DNA from: Octopus bimaculoides
Lineage: Eukaryota
NCBI RefSeq assembly: GCF_001194135.2
Contig: NC_068981.1
Span: 43,565,680-43,629,679, forward strand
Length of the DNA stretch: 64,000 nucleotides
Direction of reading: 5' to 3'
The notes under the pieces were generated by a model, which saw nothing but the letters and a program-made list of their open reading frames with translations, was not told where the DNA came from and ran no database searches. Made by a program: the position numbers and the translations under genes. Positions 1 to 14,180 of the stretch are shown here, piece by piece (positions within the stretch are counted from its first letter, which is position 1; the number at the start of each line of letters is the position of its first letter).

Positions 1-105
1 GTCTGTGGAGTGCTCAGCCACTTGCACGTTAATTTCACGAGCAGGCTGTTCCGTTGACCGAATCAACTGGAACCCTCGACGTCGTAAGCGACGGAGTGCC
101 AACAA
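1..105 (+). mobile_element. 3' end of tRNA-derived SINE (family B)
   Basis: Near-identical to 31051-31157, the 3' end of the full-length SINE at 30777. Confidence 0.85.
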
Positions 106-194
106 CAAAGTACCAGTTTGAAAACAGAAGGATAAAAATAAAACGAAGGATAAAATGTAATAAACAGGACAAGAAGAGACACATCGGACAGAGG

Positions 195-237
195 GTTACT
201 AATAAGGTCATAGAATATGTGACGAAAGGACTTTGAC
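195..237 (+). ncRNA. Degenerate type I hammerhead relic
   Basis: gtta-CTAATAA-g-gtca/tgac stem-GAAA-ggac-tt-tgac. Topology matches a minimal HHR, but core G5 and G8 are replaced by A. Confidence 0.35.
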
Positions 238-837
238 AGACATAAATTAAAAATAATAAAAATAAAAACTAAAGTGAAGATCGAATAAATAGTGTGTATG
301 TTTAATTGGCAACAAAAAACAACAACAACAGAAAGTTACCATCCCCAAATATAACGCTATAAAAACACAAAACAAAACAGTAAAAAGGATGACAGGAGAG
401 GGAAAAATGGAGAAAAGGTGGAATGAAAGTGGATAGAGAATATACAGTTACAACAGGATCATATTTGTTATATTTATGTAGCCTTGTATTAAAGTATGTG
501 CAAGGAAGCATATCCTTTTCATTTTGCATTCAAATCTAGTGAGGTTATTTTTTGGTTTTTGCATCAATCATTTTCCCATTACACAGATCATAGATTGCCC
601 TGTGTTGATGGAGTAAGGCTTGAACATTTTAATTTAGCCATAGCTGATGTTGTAACTAGCAGCTATCTCCTTTAGCAACCATATATATTTGGCTAGCATG
701 ATGATATTCCGATTTTCATAGTTTATGGAGGGAAAAGTGCAGTTATACAGTCATCTTTTCAGTCTTCCTTCCGTCAATCCAACCTAACTGTAACACCCTC
801 CATAATTTCAGGAGAATAATAACATTGTGATATACCC

Positions 838-970
838 TTTACTCTTTTATTCTTTAACTTGTTTCAATCATTTGACTATTGCCATGCTTGAGCACCACCT
901 CTAGTCGAGCAAATCAACCCCAATACTTATTCTTTGTAGGCCTAATGCTTATTCTATTGGTTTCTTTTGT
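838..970 (-). mobile_element. SINE family A, 3' tail fragment
   Basis: Reverse complement matches the tail of the SINE at 43815-44203 (gatagaataag...gctccagcatggc...gactgaaacaag). Confidence 0.8.
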
Positions 971-1655
971 TGAATAAAATGAAGTACTTTGTTTTGACGT
1001 TGGGTGAAGGTTGCGGTGTTATTGAATTGGTAAAGTGGGAAGGTTGTAAACTTTGGATTTATATTTGCTGTACATCTGTCTATGTGGTCACTGACAGGTA
1101 TTTTCCTGTATTCAGGAATCCTAATTTGGGATTTATGTACTGCCATCCTTTTTCGTATGCTGTTTTAATATGGCCTATACATTGCCTATTGCATCCTGCG
1201 CATGTTATTACATAAATTAAGTTTTACAATGCACAGGTGAAGTTTGTTCTGATGGTGAAATGATGGCCTTGTTTTAATGTGTATTCTGAACCTTCTACTA
1301 AGATGATACAAATCCTGCAGTTGGGCCTTCCACACTTTTTAACTATTGGTTTTGTGGCTGTTATTGGGTGCAGTTTAGCCTGGGTTAAAATTTTCTTTAA
1401 GGATTTTGGTTGCCGTTTACTTTTTATGATGGTGTACGTTTGGAGGATTCGGTTCATCTTTAGGTCTCCCTTAAGTAGGGCTGTGCTTTGGAGTATGGTG
1501 TTGAAGGCCTCGTCATTAAGTGGGTTGTGTGTAGAGATGTAGGGTAGGATTTTTAATTTTTCATCCGCTTTTGATTTTGGTGGTTCAGGTCTTCTATATT
1601 TAATTTAAGTGCTCATTGGATTGTATTATCTATTAGGGGTTGTGGATAATTCGCT
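970..1655 (-). mobile_element. Penelope-like retroelement 3' fragment with GIY-YIG endonuclease (pseudogenised)
   Basis: Translates to ILPYISTHNP...KKCGRPNCRIC...FTC..NLIYVITCAGCNRQCIGH...RMAVHKSQIR...VSDH. This is the Cys motif plus GIY-YIG of PLEs, with stops and frameshifts. Confidence 0.9.
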
Positions 1656-1841
1656 TCCACATGGACTCTGTTGACACCAGTAAGAAACAACTATGAACTT
1701 TTCTTTTAATTACATTTTTTAAAATATGTATTTTTGATAAGGTTCGTTTTTTCAAGAACTGAACATGTAAAATATCTATGAGAAAATAAAAATTTATTTT
1801 ATATAGTGGTGTTTTCAAACTTCTTTTTTATAAATAAATAA

Positions 1842-1904
<63 letters not shown>

Positions 1905-2075
1905 TATACATACACGATGGTCTTCTTCCAGTTTCCATCTACCAAATACACTCACAAAGCTTTAGTTGACCTGAGGCTATAGTAGAAGACACTTGCCCAA
2001 GACGTCATGCAGTGGGACTGAACCCGGAACCATGTGGTTGGTAAGCAAGCTACTTACCACATAGCCACTCCTGCA
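1905..2075 (-). mobile_element. SINE family A, 5' half
   Basis: Reverse complement gives ggagtggctatgtggtaag...ggttcagtcccac (A/B boxes) followed by the shared core. Confidence 0.85.
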
Positions 2076-2581
2076 TCTATATGTTCATATAATCTAGTAT
2101 ATATAGATCATAGTATGTGTGTGTATAATGACAAATGCATACATTTCCACAATTCTCAACCGATTTTCTCCTAACTTTACACATACATTACTTATGTCCC
2201 AAGGACGGTCACGCTCTGTAACATTTTGCCCAGAGCTCCTACGTAAATGGAAGTAAATGAACATAGTTGTTTTGTATGTAGTGTCTTCCATACAATTTTT
2301 AATCTTTTTATAAAAGTGGAAGGATTTTATGTATTTATTTATTTTGACTGACCATCTGTGGTGTGACCATGTCAGGAAACAGGACTTGGAAGCTATCATT
2401 TTGTGTTCATGTAAATATAAGTTTGATAATTCAAAAGATTTATCCAAGTCTCCAGTAATTTTCTTCCATGTAAATAAATGTTTATGTTAGTTTAAAAGAT
2501 TTATCTAAATTTGTTGTATGTACATAGATTTTGTATGTATTGTCTTCCATAATTTTTAATCTTATATGGTCGTATAAGCCT

Positions 2582-2638
<57 letters not shown>

Positions 2639-2639
2639 G

Positions 2640-2860
2640 TATATGTATGTGTATGTCTTCATATCTGTGTTTGTCCCCCATCACTGTTTGACAGCTGGTA
2701 TTGGTATGTTTAAGTCTTTGTAACTTAGCATTACAGCAAAAGAACAATAAAGTAAGTACCAAGTTTATGGGTTGATTAGTGTGACTAGGATTCCTTGAGG
2801 TGGTGCCCCAGCATGGCTGCAGTGTAATGACTGAAACAAGTAAAAAAAATAAAAGGATAA
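2640..2860 (+). mobile_element. SINE family A, 3' half (diverged)
   Basis: tttgtccccc...gtaacttagc...ccagcatggctgcagt...gactgaaacaagtaaaa, as in the other copies. Confidence 0.75.
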
Positions 2861-3904
2861 TGAAACACTAAGCAGTTTTGTATCATTGAAGTACATATTA
2901 ATGGCTAAGGAGACTGGACATTTTGTGAATAGTTTGGCCACAAACACAAATGAAAGGAGATGATGGAATTATTGACTTAATTGTTTGTTGAGTGTCCTCA
3001 GCACTTATTAGTCTATGTATCTAATTATGTCTAAAATTTGCTTAAAATTATCAATTCCTTGATCACAAATATTACAAATCAACAACAGAACAACTGTAAC
3101 ATGACTATCTGTGAGCAATATTAATTTTATCATCGTAAAATATTACATAAATTAATATTTAAGGTGTTTGTAATATAACCCCAGAATGATTTCTGTTATT
3201 TGTTTTTGTCTTATATTATTTTAATGTTTTTATCATATATTATTGATAATCATTATATATATATATATATATTTCTACTATCATGGCAGTATAAGTATAT
3301 TTAACAGTATTAAAAATAGAAAACTCTCAAAGGATGTAAAATTTTTTATAATTGTCGAGAAGCTAGAGGTTAACTTCGAGGTTAACCAGTTCAAAGCTCA
3401 AAATAAAGTTACATATCTAGTATGACATGAGAATAAAATATATCCAATGTGTTAATTTCAAGTAAAGCTTAATAGTATAATTAACTGAGCAATAATTATC
3501 TTGTCAGTAACACATGCATTGTCTTCAATAATTTTGAACTTACAATATGTTATCTTTATACCGTATGTTGTTTATTAATGTCACTTATACAATTCTATAA
3601 TGTATTTCTGATTGTACCGGTTCAAGCAGATTTAAAGTATATCGGTAGTTGTACAAATGACTTGTAGAAATTCACTGAGACATTGTTTCAGACATTCACT
3701 AAAGCATTGCTTCCATTTAGTTAATAATTATGTATCACATTGTCAAATTCAATGGGTTATTGCAAGTGATGTTGTGATGCAAATGATTAAGATGACCAAT
3801 GTAGGATAATGGTAGGCAAAAGTAAATGATTAAGTCTCAAAATACTGTATTTGATGGCATAAGATATGTCAACATATTGGTTGCACCTTAATTTCAGCAG
3901 TACA

Positions 3905-4130
3905 TATACTCTTTTACTCTTTTACTTGTTTCAGTCATTTGACTATGGCCATGCTGGAGCACTGCCTTTAGTTGAGTAAATCGACCCCAGGACTTATTCT
4001 TTGTAAGCCTAGTACTTATTCTATCAGTCTCTTTTAGCTAAACCACTAAGTTACAGAGATGTAAACACACTAGCATCGGTTGTCAAGCGATGTTGGGAGG
4101 ACAAATACAGACACACAAACACACACATAC

Positions 4131-4167
<37 letters not shown>

Positions 4168-4325
4168 CATGACAGGCTTCATTCAGTTTCCGTCTACCAA
4201 ATCCACTTACAAGACTTTGGTTGGCCCAAGGCTATAGTAGAAGACACTTGCTCAAGGTGCCATGCGGTGGGAATGAACCCAGGCCCATGTGGTTGGTAAG
4301 CAAGCTACTTACCACACAGCCACTA
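3905..4325 (-). mobile_element. SINE family A, full length with internal (TA)n
   Basis: Colinear reverse complement of 43815-44203. Confidence 0.9.
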
Positions 4326-5059
4326 CTGTGTCTGCAGGAAAAAAAATCTGAGTGCCTTCAAGCATGTAATACTGGTCAAACCTTACATGTAAGTTCTAGA
4401 GTGATTTTTGTGACACAATTTTTTGGTGAAACAATGTACATCTTATATGCCATCAAATATACTATGTCTTCACCCTCATTAGAAGGCATTGGACTTGGTT
4501 ACTGGAGTGTGATATGATGAAATGTCGTTTGAAACAATTTGCTAATGAACAAATTGCAGTGTCTTTGAAATTGTTGTGTGGTCTATTTTTTCATTTAATG
4601 CAGAATAATAAGGGGACATAGGATATGAGGTGAAGTTCAAAAATATTTATATTGAAGTCACTGATGTAAATGTTCTTTCACAGAGCTTGCGGATAGGAGA
4701 GAAACTTTTAGCTCTGTGGCACCAAAAAACTATCTAAGCTTGATAAGACAGACACAAGTCTGATAAATATGGAAATAATACCAGAAGAACAATTTAACAT
4801 GTAATAATAAATCAGAGTTGAAGAATTTTTCCAAGAGAATCAGTATAGTTTATATTCATGACCTTAAACTGAATTTATTTATTTATCGTTGGAGTAATTT
4901 TTAGTTCTGTAGCTTCTTTACATGATGTTTTCAAGTTTTTTTTTTTATTTTTATTTTTCAGAATATTATCACTATATATTATGATTTGCTGAAATATGAG
5001 GAGACATTAAAAAAAAATTCTTCAAGAAATATAGAAATATAAACACACAAAAAAGGCAA

Positions 5060-5097
5060 CACATAAAATAAATAGTATGTATATATATACCCAACAG

Positions 5098-5153
<56 letters not shown>

Positions 5154-5562
5154 GCCCATATATGCATACAAATATACATATATATAATAAAGGAAAGAAA
5201 ATGCACAGAGTTTACATAGTTTATATATATATATATATATAGATATATATATATATACATACATACACATATACACAAATATACATATATATAAGTATGT
5301 GGATGTATATGTCATTGTGCATATCTATTTCTCTTTCCCTCTCTCTCTCTCTACAAATATATATATATATAGATAGATAGATAGGTAGATGGATAGATAT
5401 AGATATATAAGATAGATAGGATACATAGATAGACTGATGGGCATATATATACACACATTTATATGTGTATGTATATAGATATTAATATATATACGTATAT
5501 ATATATGTAATTATTAATATATTTATATACATATATATATATGTGTGTGTGTGTATGCATAC

Positions 5563-5598
<36 letters not shown>

Positions 5599-5647
5599 AT
5601 ATGTAATAAGTAATCATGATTAGATGTGTGTATACATACATAGATAT

Positions 5648-5680
<33 letters not shown>

Positions 5681-5681
5681 G

Positions 5682-5712
<31 letters not shown>

Positions 5713-5744
5713 TATATATGCACACATATATACACATATGAATG

Positions 5745-5803
<59 letters not shown>

Positions 5804-6499
5804 ACACATATATATATATATATATCCATATATATATATATATATATGTATATGTATATATATATATGGTTGTGTCATTCTATGCATACATAGATACACA
5901 CATATATACACGCACACAAACAATGATATATATATATATTATACACATACGAAAATATGTAGTTATATTTTAACATACACACATGCATATATATATGTAT
6001 ATACATAAATACACACACATGCATTAATATAAACTTTTACGTCCACACTCATACACACAAACATATATATATCTTTTTTATATATTGATAAATTTCTGTC
6101 TGTCCCACCCAACATTACATATGCCAACACTAGATGTTCATTAAATCAACTGTTATTTTCTCGTTTTACAACCAGCGTAGTAACTTCTTAACGACAAACA
6201 TCTTCACGTCTGCAATATTTTCTGATATCTCTTTATTGTAACGAAATATTTTTTATATCATATTTTAAATATTCCAAAAGTGCTTATTTTTGTATGTGCA
6301 TAGATCTATGTATATGCACACTTACCAGTATATCAATGTATGTATGTATGTATATATGAATCTATATGCATATATAAATTAATATATGCACTTATCTATA
6401 GACACACACACATTTCAATATATATATAGATCCAGTTGCTATATATTTTTGTGTGTGCTTATATATACATATCTATCTATCTATCTCTTTCTCTCTCTC

Positions 6500-6549
<50 letters not shown>

Positions 6550-7145
6550 CACATTTATAGAAACATATGTGTACATATACATGTATACTTATATCTATGT
6601 ATATATATATTTATATATATATGTATATATATATATGTATATATGTATAAATCGTCCAACCCATGCTAGCATGGAAAGCGGACGTTAAACAATGATGATG
6701 ATGATGATGATATGCACACACACAAGCACTCACGTATATATATATATCTACAGTTATTTATGTTTTCACTCACATTTATCAACCACCTTTTGTGTAATAT
6801 ACACATGCATCTGAAGTCCACATATTTAAACATCGTATAGGGGAGCACATACAGATAAAGAAGTGCATGCATGTGTGTGTATGTGTGGGTCGGTGTGGGT
6901 GGCTGTGTTTGTATGTTTGTGTGTGCATGTGGGCAAGTGTGATTGATCAGAACAACAGACTTTCATGTATATTACTCTGTCTCACTTTTCTCTTTCTCGC
7001 TTTCAGTGTCTTTTCCTTTCTTCCTACTTTTATGCATATATGTATACATATATATAATTATAGATATATATATATTTACATGTATATACATATACCTATA
7101 TACATACAAATATATATATGCATACACACGCACACATATATATAC

Positions 7146-7189
<44 letters not shown>

Positions 7190-7600
7190 ATATATATATA
7201 TGCATATGCATAAATGTATGCTTATATATTTACAAGTTTCAGTATATGTATTATATGTAGATACAAATATATATCTAATATATACACACATATAAATATA
7301 CATGTACACACAGCACATACTCACATATATATACCTATATATATATTTATATTTATATATGTATATACCAGTGTGTACTGTGTGTATATATATATATATA
7401 TATATATACATATATATACACTCATACGTACACATCTATTATATGTGTTTCAGTATGAATCATCATATAAGTATGCAGATATGTTAGTGTGAGAATGTAC
7501 AAATGCGTACAGACACGTTTGAAAGAAGTACACACAACAGATTTACCCAAACACACACATACACACAAACACACACAAACACACACACACACACACACCT
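5060..7600. repeat. Compound (TA)n/(CA)n/(TAGA)n microsatellite field, with a short RTE tail at 6650-6710
   Basis: Directly visible; explains the YIYI/HTHT ORFs in the track. Confidence 0.95.
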
Positions 7601-8031
7601 GATGCTATAATACCATAAATAATCACGATATTTTTTCCTTCAAATTTATTTTATTTCTTCCAAGTCTCCATCACTCCTCACTCTCCTTCTCTTTCTCCTT
7701 TTATCTCTTTCTCTTTTTCTCATGTTTTTCAGCACCCACACATACACACATACACATACATTCATACATAATTTTAGTTTCTACATACCTTCGATTTTTC
7801 AAATTCCGTTTTGTCCCTTGTTGCTCATTTGAAAAGCTATCTAAACGGTTGAACTTTATACCATTTCCATGGACATTAAAATGTTCACATATGACTGTCT
7901 ACAAATAGAATTTCAATAATGGTATATTTTAACATTAGTGGAAGACACAAAAAAGATTTTTTTCTGGAATTTATCTTAAAATAAATCCAATGAAAGATGA
8001 GGAGAATATATGTATATATGTGTGTGTGTAT

Positions 8032-8403
8032 NNNNNNNNNNNNNNNNNNNNNNNNNNNNNNNNNNNNNNNNNNNNNNNNNNNNNNNNNNNNNNNNNNNNN
8101 NNNNNNNNNNNNNNNNNNNNNNNNNNNNNNNNNNNNNNNNNNNNNNNNNNNNNNNNNNNNNNNNNNNNNNNNNNNNNNNNNNNNNNNNNNNNNNNNNNNN
8201 NNNNNNNNNNNNNNNNNNNNNNNNNNNNNNNNNNNNNNNNNNNNNNNNNNNNNNNNNNNNNNNNNNNNNNNNNNNNNNNNNNNNNNNNNNNNNNNNNNNN
8301 NNNNNNNNNNNNNNNNNNNNNNNNNNNNNNNNNNNNNNNNNNNNNNNNNNNNNNNNNNNNNNNNNNNNNNNNNNNNNNNNNNNNNNNNNNNNNNNNNNNN
8401 NNN
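8032..8403. other. Assembly gap
   Basis: Run of N. Other gaps: 15467-15476, 18821-19659, 28407-28689, 31944-31953, 34291-34300. Confidence 1.
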
Positions 8404-9439
8404 TATATATATATATATGTAGGTAGACAGATAGATAGATAGATAGATAGATAGACAAACAGACATACGTTATACTTCTATACTCCTGACACAGAGAATG
8501 GGATCATACTCCAATATCTATTTCGGTCTGATTTTACTTACTGGTTGTCCTTCCTAATGGCAGTTACCTTACAGAGTTTCTGTTTATGCACCAGCAGTAT
8601 AGAGAATGTCTTAAATTTCGGTTGTGTAAATAATATTGGAAGCGTGCTGTAAAGGACACACTTTCAAGGTAAGTTACTTTGTACCTATATCTAAGAGAGA
8701 TATGTGAGAGGATGTAGGGATTCTAGGAGATGTGATGAAGAAGTTTTAATAAGTCAATTGAAAGACTTCTATAGCTACAATCAGGTGGCAGGGGAAAGAA
8801 GAAGAGAGTAGTAGAGTAGGTACTAATTGGTGGTGTGTAGGGAGAATGACAGATAAAGGAGAAGGAGAATGGTTTATTGTCAAGTGTTCCTGAGAAAAGA
8901 TTTCAAAGGAATAGAGTGGCAAGGTGACATGGAGGTTTGTGTACAGAGGACTGTAGAGCAGTGATTCTCAACCAAGGTCTATATGATGCTTGGAGGTCCA
9001 TGTGAGATTTTGTTGTTAAAATCTATGGGCAATAAATTGGTTATATTTCTACAGTACATGAAATATTAAATAAATTTCTTTTCTATACAATTTGTAATAA
9101 TATCTAAGTATAAAAAATTAATTGCTATCCTACATTTTAAAGGTTAGTATGAGCAAGAAATGTGGAAAAGACTTCGATAGAAAGGAATCCTGAGAAAATC
9201 ACAAAAAAAGAAACAAAGGTGTTTGTGACTTGGAGTAGGCCAGTGGGATGGGAGAAAGATGAGACAGAATATTGAGCAAGCAAAGATTGAGGAAAGGGCA
9301 ATGAGAGGAAAGCAAGCAGTAGGCGAAGAAGCAGTGGGTGAGTGCATTGAGCAAAATGAGGGAGCAAAGGATGAGTGAAGGGGAGTAATATCTATTTGTG
9401 AAAGCTTGATTTAACACTATGATATTTGGGGTTATCTTA

Positions 9440-9678
9440 TTTTATCTTCCATTTTTTACATGTTTCAGTCATTGGACTGTGGCCATGAAAGGCCACCACC
9501 TTGAAGGATTTAGTCAAGCAAATTGACCCCTCTAACTTTTACTCTGATACCTACTCTATTGGTCTCTTTTCTTGACCCACTAAGTTACAGGGACTAAACA
9601 AACCAACACTGGTTATCAAGCAGTGAAGGAGCATCAATACATGCACAAAGCACACAAACATATAGATATATAGATGTA

Positions 9679-9736
<58 letters not shown>

Positions 9737-9900
9737 CATATGTTACAGGTTTCTTTCAGTTTCTGTCAAAATCCCCTCAGAAGATTTCAGTCAGCCCAAG
9801 GCTACAATACTAGACACTTGCTCAAGGTGCCATGCTGTGGGACTGAACTGAGAACCATGTGGTTGGGAATTAATCTGTTTACCACATGCTTGTGCCTATG
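9440..9900 (-). mobile_element. SINE family A, full length, diverged
   Basis: Same head, core, (TA)n and tail order as 3905-4325. Confidence 0.8.
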
Positions 9901-10039
9901 CACACAGCCATACCTGCACCTATGCACACAGCCATTTCTACACCTATGTATGTGTGTATACAATCACCAGAATAATTGTAAATGTATGTGTATGCATGAT
10001 GTTTATGTTTATGCATAGTAATGTAAATTTATATATAGA

Positions 10040-10605
10040 GGATGTATGGAGTGTTGGGCCTCACAGAGGCATTGACAAGCGACCAGGGCCTTTGGAAATA
10101 TGCTGTGCTTGAGAAGACCCGGCAAGTCAAGTGAGATCATAGCCATGGCCTATGCCAGTGTCACATAACCAGCCCATTTAAAAGTACCCTTCAATTGTTG
10201 GGCAATATGCTGTAGTTGAGAAGACCTGTTGAGTCAAGTGAAATCATTGTTGTAGCTGATGCCAATACTGCCTGATTGGCACCCATGCTGGTGGCATGTA
10301 AAAAGCACCAATTGAGTGTGGTTGATGCCTGTGCTGCCGGACTGGGTCCCATGTCCATGGCATGTATAAAGCACCATTCAAGCATGGTTGATGCCAGTGC
10401 CACTGCCTTGCCTCATGCCAGTGGCATGTAAAAGGCATCCACTTCATTCTCAGAGTGGTTGGCATTAGGAAGGGCATTCAGCTGTAGAAACCTTGACAGA
10501 TCAGATTGGAGCCTGGTGTAGCCTCCTGGCTTGCTAGTCCTCAGTCAAACAGTTCAATCCATGCCAGCATGGAAAGTGGACATTAAACAATAATGATAAT
10601 GATAT
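10040..10605 (+). mobile_element. RTE LINE 3' end / 3' UTR
   Basis: Colinear with 22070-22750, which follows RTE coding sequence; ends catgccagcatggaaagtggacattaaac + (GAT)-like tail. Confidence 0.85.
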
Positions 10606-10671
10606 ATATATATATATATAATCACAAAAAACTGCTACTCAGAGTTTCACATTCCTGTTCATTGAACAGCT

Positions 10672-11800
10672 TTTCTCTGGTGCCAAGAAAAATGTATTTC
10701 GGTTTTTTAGAGTGAAATAAGTCATTTTTTTCATACAAAGAATAAACTTTAATCAATTATATATTTTCTATTTTGTTTGATTATCTTTGGCTATCTTTCT
10801 AGCAACTTCATGATTCCATGCTCATAGAACTTCTGGTCCTTATCAGCCAAAAGCTGAAGCAAGTGTGATTTCAGATCATCATTATTATTCAAAGTTTTAC
10901 CATTCACAGAATTTTGCAAACTTTGAAATAAATAGTAATCTGATGATGCAAGGTCAGGGCTATATGGTGGATGTGACATCACTTCCTATACAAGCTACAA
11001 TAATTTTTTACGAGTTAGCAAAGATGTGTGTTGTCTAACTTTGTCATGGGATGGTGAAACACAATTCCTTTACAATTTACCAATTCTGGCCGTTTTTCTT
11101 TGATTGCTCCTCTAGTTTCATTAGTTGTTGACAGTAAACATTGGAATTGATCGTTTGGTTCCCTGAAAACATCTCAAAATACACAACACCTTTGTAATCT
11201 CACCAAATTGACAGCATGATCTTTTTGGGATGCAATTCAGCTTTCAATGTGATTTGTGCTTGTTCATTATGCTTAGACCATGATCGTTTTCGATTTTCGA
11301 TTGATGTTATTGTAAACAATCCACTTTTCATCACCAGTGATGATTAGTTTTAAAAAAAGTTGATTTCATTGTGTTTGAGATGCATATCACAAATATTGGT
11401 TCATTGTGTTAAGTGAATTTCTTTCAATTTAGGTGGAACCCAAATATCGAGCTTCTTAAGAGCTTCAAGACATTTTAAATGATTTTCAATTGTTGTGTGG
11501 GATACATTTAACCTCTCTGCAATTTCTCGCACAGTTATATGACAATCAGATTCAATTATGACTTGGATTTGGTCATCATCAACTTCAATAGGTCGACCAG
11601 AATGTTAGTCATCTTTGAGTGAAAAATCTCCAGAAAGGAATTTTCTAAACCATTTCTGACATGTGCATTCTGTTAAACAACCAGCACTATAAACTTCACA
11701 TATCTCTTTGTGAACCTCAGCAGCGTTTTTGCCTTCATGGAAATAGAAAATCAAAATATGGTGAAAATGTTCATTTTTGCACTTCATGTTAAAACTGACA
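10672..11800 (-). mobile_element. Mariner transposon relic (transposase pseudogene)
   Basis: N-terminus EHFHHILIFYFHEGKNAAEVHKEICEVY...CQKWFRKFLSGDFSLKD; C-terminus HPPYSPDLASSDYYLF (mariner YSPDLAPxD motif); degenerate TIR near 10672. Confidence 0.92.
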
Positions 11801-11841
11801 CTGAACTAATAGCTGAGGGGCTGAGGGCTGATATATGTGTG

Positions 11842-11898
<57 letters not shown>

Positions 11899-13959
11899 TT
11901 ATTTATTTATATATTTGTTGTCTGTATGTATAAACTTCTAATTAATTTTGCTATTAAGTGAGTGTATTTTTTTGTGTATGTATGCATGCCTATGTACTGT
12001 AATGTCATTAAGACCAATTAGCTGTTTTTTTATTAATCATTTAAAACTTTTTTGTCTTCATTAGTGTATTGATGCCTACGCTTTAACTCCTGGTCATTCA
12101 GCTAGTCTGCAGCTTTTCTATGATGACAATCATATTATTTATTACAGGACACAAACTGTCCTTCAAAAATAAAATTCAATGTCTGAAAAGTGATATGGCT
12201 TTTTGGCCATTCTTTTTTCAAGCACATGCCTCCATTAATTTAGTTACTTTGTAAAAGTGATGACTGATTCGTCAAAAACTTTAATACATTTTTCCCATTT
12301 TGAAAATTATTATTTCTTAAAACTCTTGCTTTTCATTAAATCTGTTTGTAAATATTTTTATTCTCATAGATTGATCGTACTTTGCAAATGGATAGCTGAA
12401 TATCATTTGATGAAATGGTGCAGTTACACAATAACACAGAATTACATGATGTAATGTAATGTACTTTACATTGTTAATGAATAAGCATGCTATTGGAACA
12501 TGAGCAATGGTATTTTGAGTTATCCATTCTTATTTGTTTACTAAATGGTATACTGCTTAATATGTACCAATTATACTGTTGCTGCATATATGAATTTGCA
12601 AAATGTCTGTTTAACTTTGTGTAGATCACTATACTGCACAGTCGAAGGATATTGAATATCTTCATGTATATTTTTTTTAAGTAATTTATTAAGCTCAGAT
12701 ATGCAGAGGTGCTCTTAAAGTAATTGGCCAAGATCTATTTGATTTCCATTGCGTTATATGTCAGTCCTGATTCAACTACTCTGATAAAATACATTCCTAT
12801 CAAGACCAACATATCTTATAGGTCATATATGAAGGTTATCAGATTATGCCGTATGACTTTCTCTATGACAGCAGGGTATGAGTTGAGGTAGATTTAGTCT
12901 CTATATCTTCCGGAGTGAATTATTTCGTAGAGGCTTGATCTCCTTTGTTGGATCATTGGCTTAATCTCTTTTGTTGGATCATCTAGAGTTGTTTCCCTTA
13001 TTTATGAAATGATTAGAATAACATCAGTTTTGCATTAAATTTGTCTTTTCCTCACTGCATATGAATAATCAATATTCAATGTTGACTACATGAAATAATC
13101 TAACACTAACTTAAATATTTTTCTCAGCTGGAGGTTGTGTTTTTCTTTTGCTTGACAATTTGCCAGATGTTTATAATGACACTCCTTCATTTGGATTAAT
13201 TCTGCATTTTAAAAAGACTGATAATATAGAGAAATAAGAAGATATATGATCAAAAGATATGTCTCCCTTAGGGTAATAGTTGGAATTTTCATTCTAATAA
13301 ACTTTAGTCAAACAAACCTTTTAACTAGACAGATAGCATATTCATCTTCGATCTTATTTACAACATTAATTGTTTTCCAACTTCAAAGAAACCATAACTA
13401 CACTTTGCATACAATATTTATATACTATGAGCCAAGAAGAGAGCCTCTAAAGTGGTCATTCAGAATGCTAGAAATAGTCACTAAATCTCCCTTAAATTTC
13501 ACCTAACCATCTTAGATAAGAAGAAATGACTTGTCAGATAATAGTGTCCAAGATACTGCTAAACATATCAAGAGTGGAATGCTTGAGGTCATAGATCTTT
13601 TCATTCAGGGTTTACCTGAAATTACACAACAATAGCAAAATTTTTATACTGTAAGCCAAGAAAAAGACCTCAACAGCATCATTTATTCTGCTAGAAAGAA
13701 CAGCCAAATCTTCATAATCACAAAGAATCCTATGTCATCTTAATGTTAGGTTTGTTTAGGAATTCTTTGTCCAGTGTGCAGTCATAAAAAATGGTTTTAT
13801 GTAGGTATCTGAATTGGAAGGGTTCTGCTGACTTTTGATGCTATTAGGAGAAGAAAAAGCAGTGGATGACCTCAATCTTATGGAGATTAAGTATCAGGTT
13901 GAGCCTTTAATAAGCTGCAACAGTATTGTATAAGCTGCATATTATTGTATCAGTGTAAA

Positions 13960-14180
13960 CTACCACATCTTAGTCATCAGCAAACTATAAGTTCAGTTAT
14001 CTGTTCAGATCTGAGGCTGGTGATGACCAGTGGTCTTGTTTCCATCTTCCTAATTCAGTCACAATGCAGTGGTTGGCCGGAAGCTATAGCAGAAGACACT
14101 TGTTTAAGGTGTCACATCATGGGACTGAACTGAAAACCTTGGAGTTTGGAAGCAAACTTTTCAACAATATAGCCATGCCA
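13960..14180 (-). mobile_element. SINE family A, 5' part, diverged
   Basis: gctatagcagaagacacttgtttaaggtgtcac...gggactgaac matches the family A head/core. Confidence 0.7.

Noticed and set aside
1660-1720. ctctgttgacaccagtaagaaacaactatg as an HHR in an inverted 5' pLTR
   Set aside because: Position fits, but stems I and II do not pair.
4612-5040. Protein-like peptides (GYEVKFKNIYIEV...LRIGEKLLALW; NIITIYYDLLKYEE)
   Set aside because: Short, bounded by stops and not assignable.
4979-7492. Many long ORFs (YIYI, HTHT, CVCV)
   Set aside because: Translations of dinucleotide microsatellites; the same applies at 17.8-18.1, 20.0-20.3, 30.5-30.9, 31.9-34.9 and 48.6-49.0 kb.
8470-9410. Possible PLE 3' UTR relic with an HHR-like cagaaactctgtaagg; similar relics at 12700-13000, 15640-16270, 23720-23950, 25454-25480
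   Set aside because: Too decayed to support by eye; only fragmentary motifs (DPTKEIK, IYQLGT, taaacaattgta).
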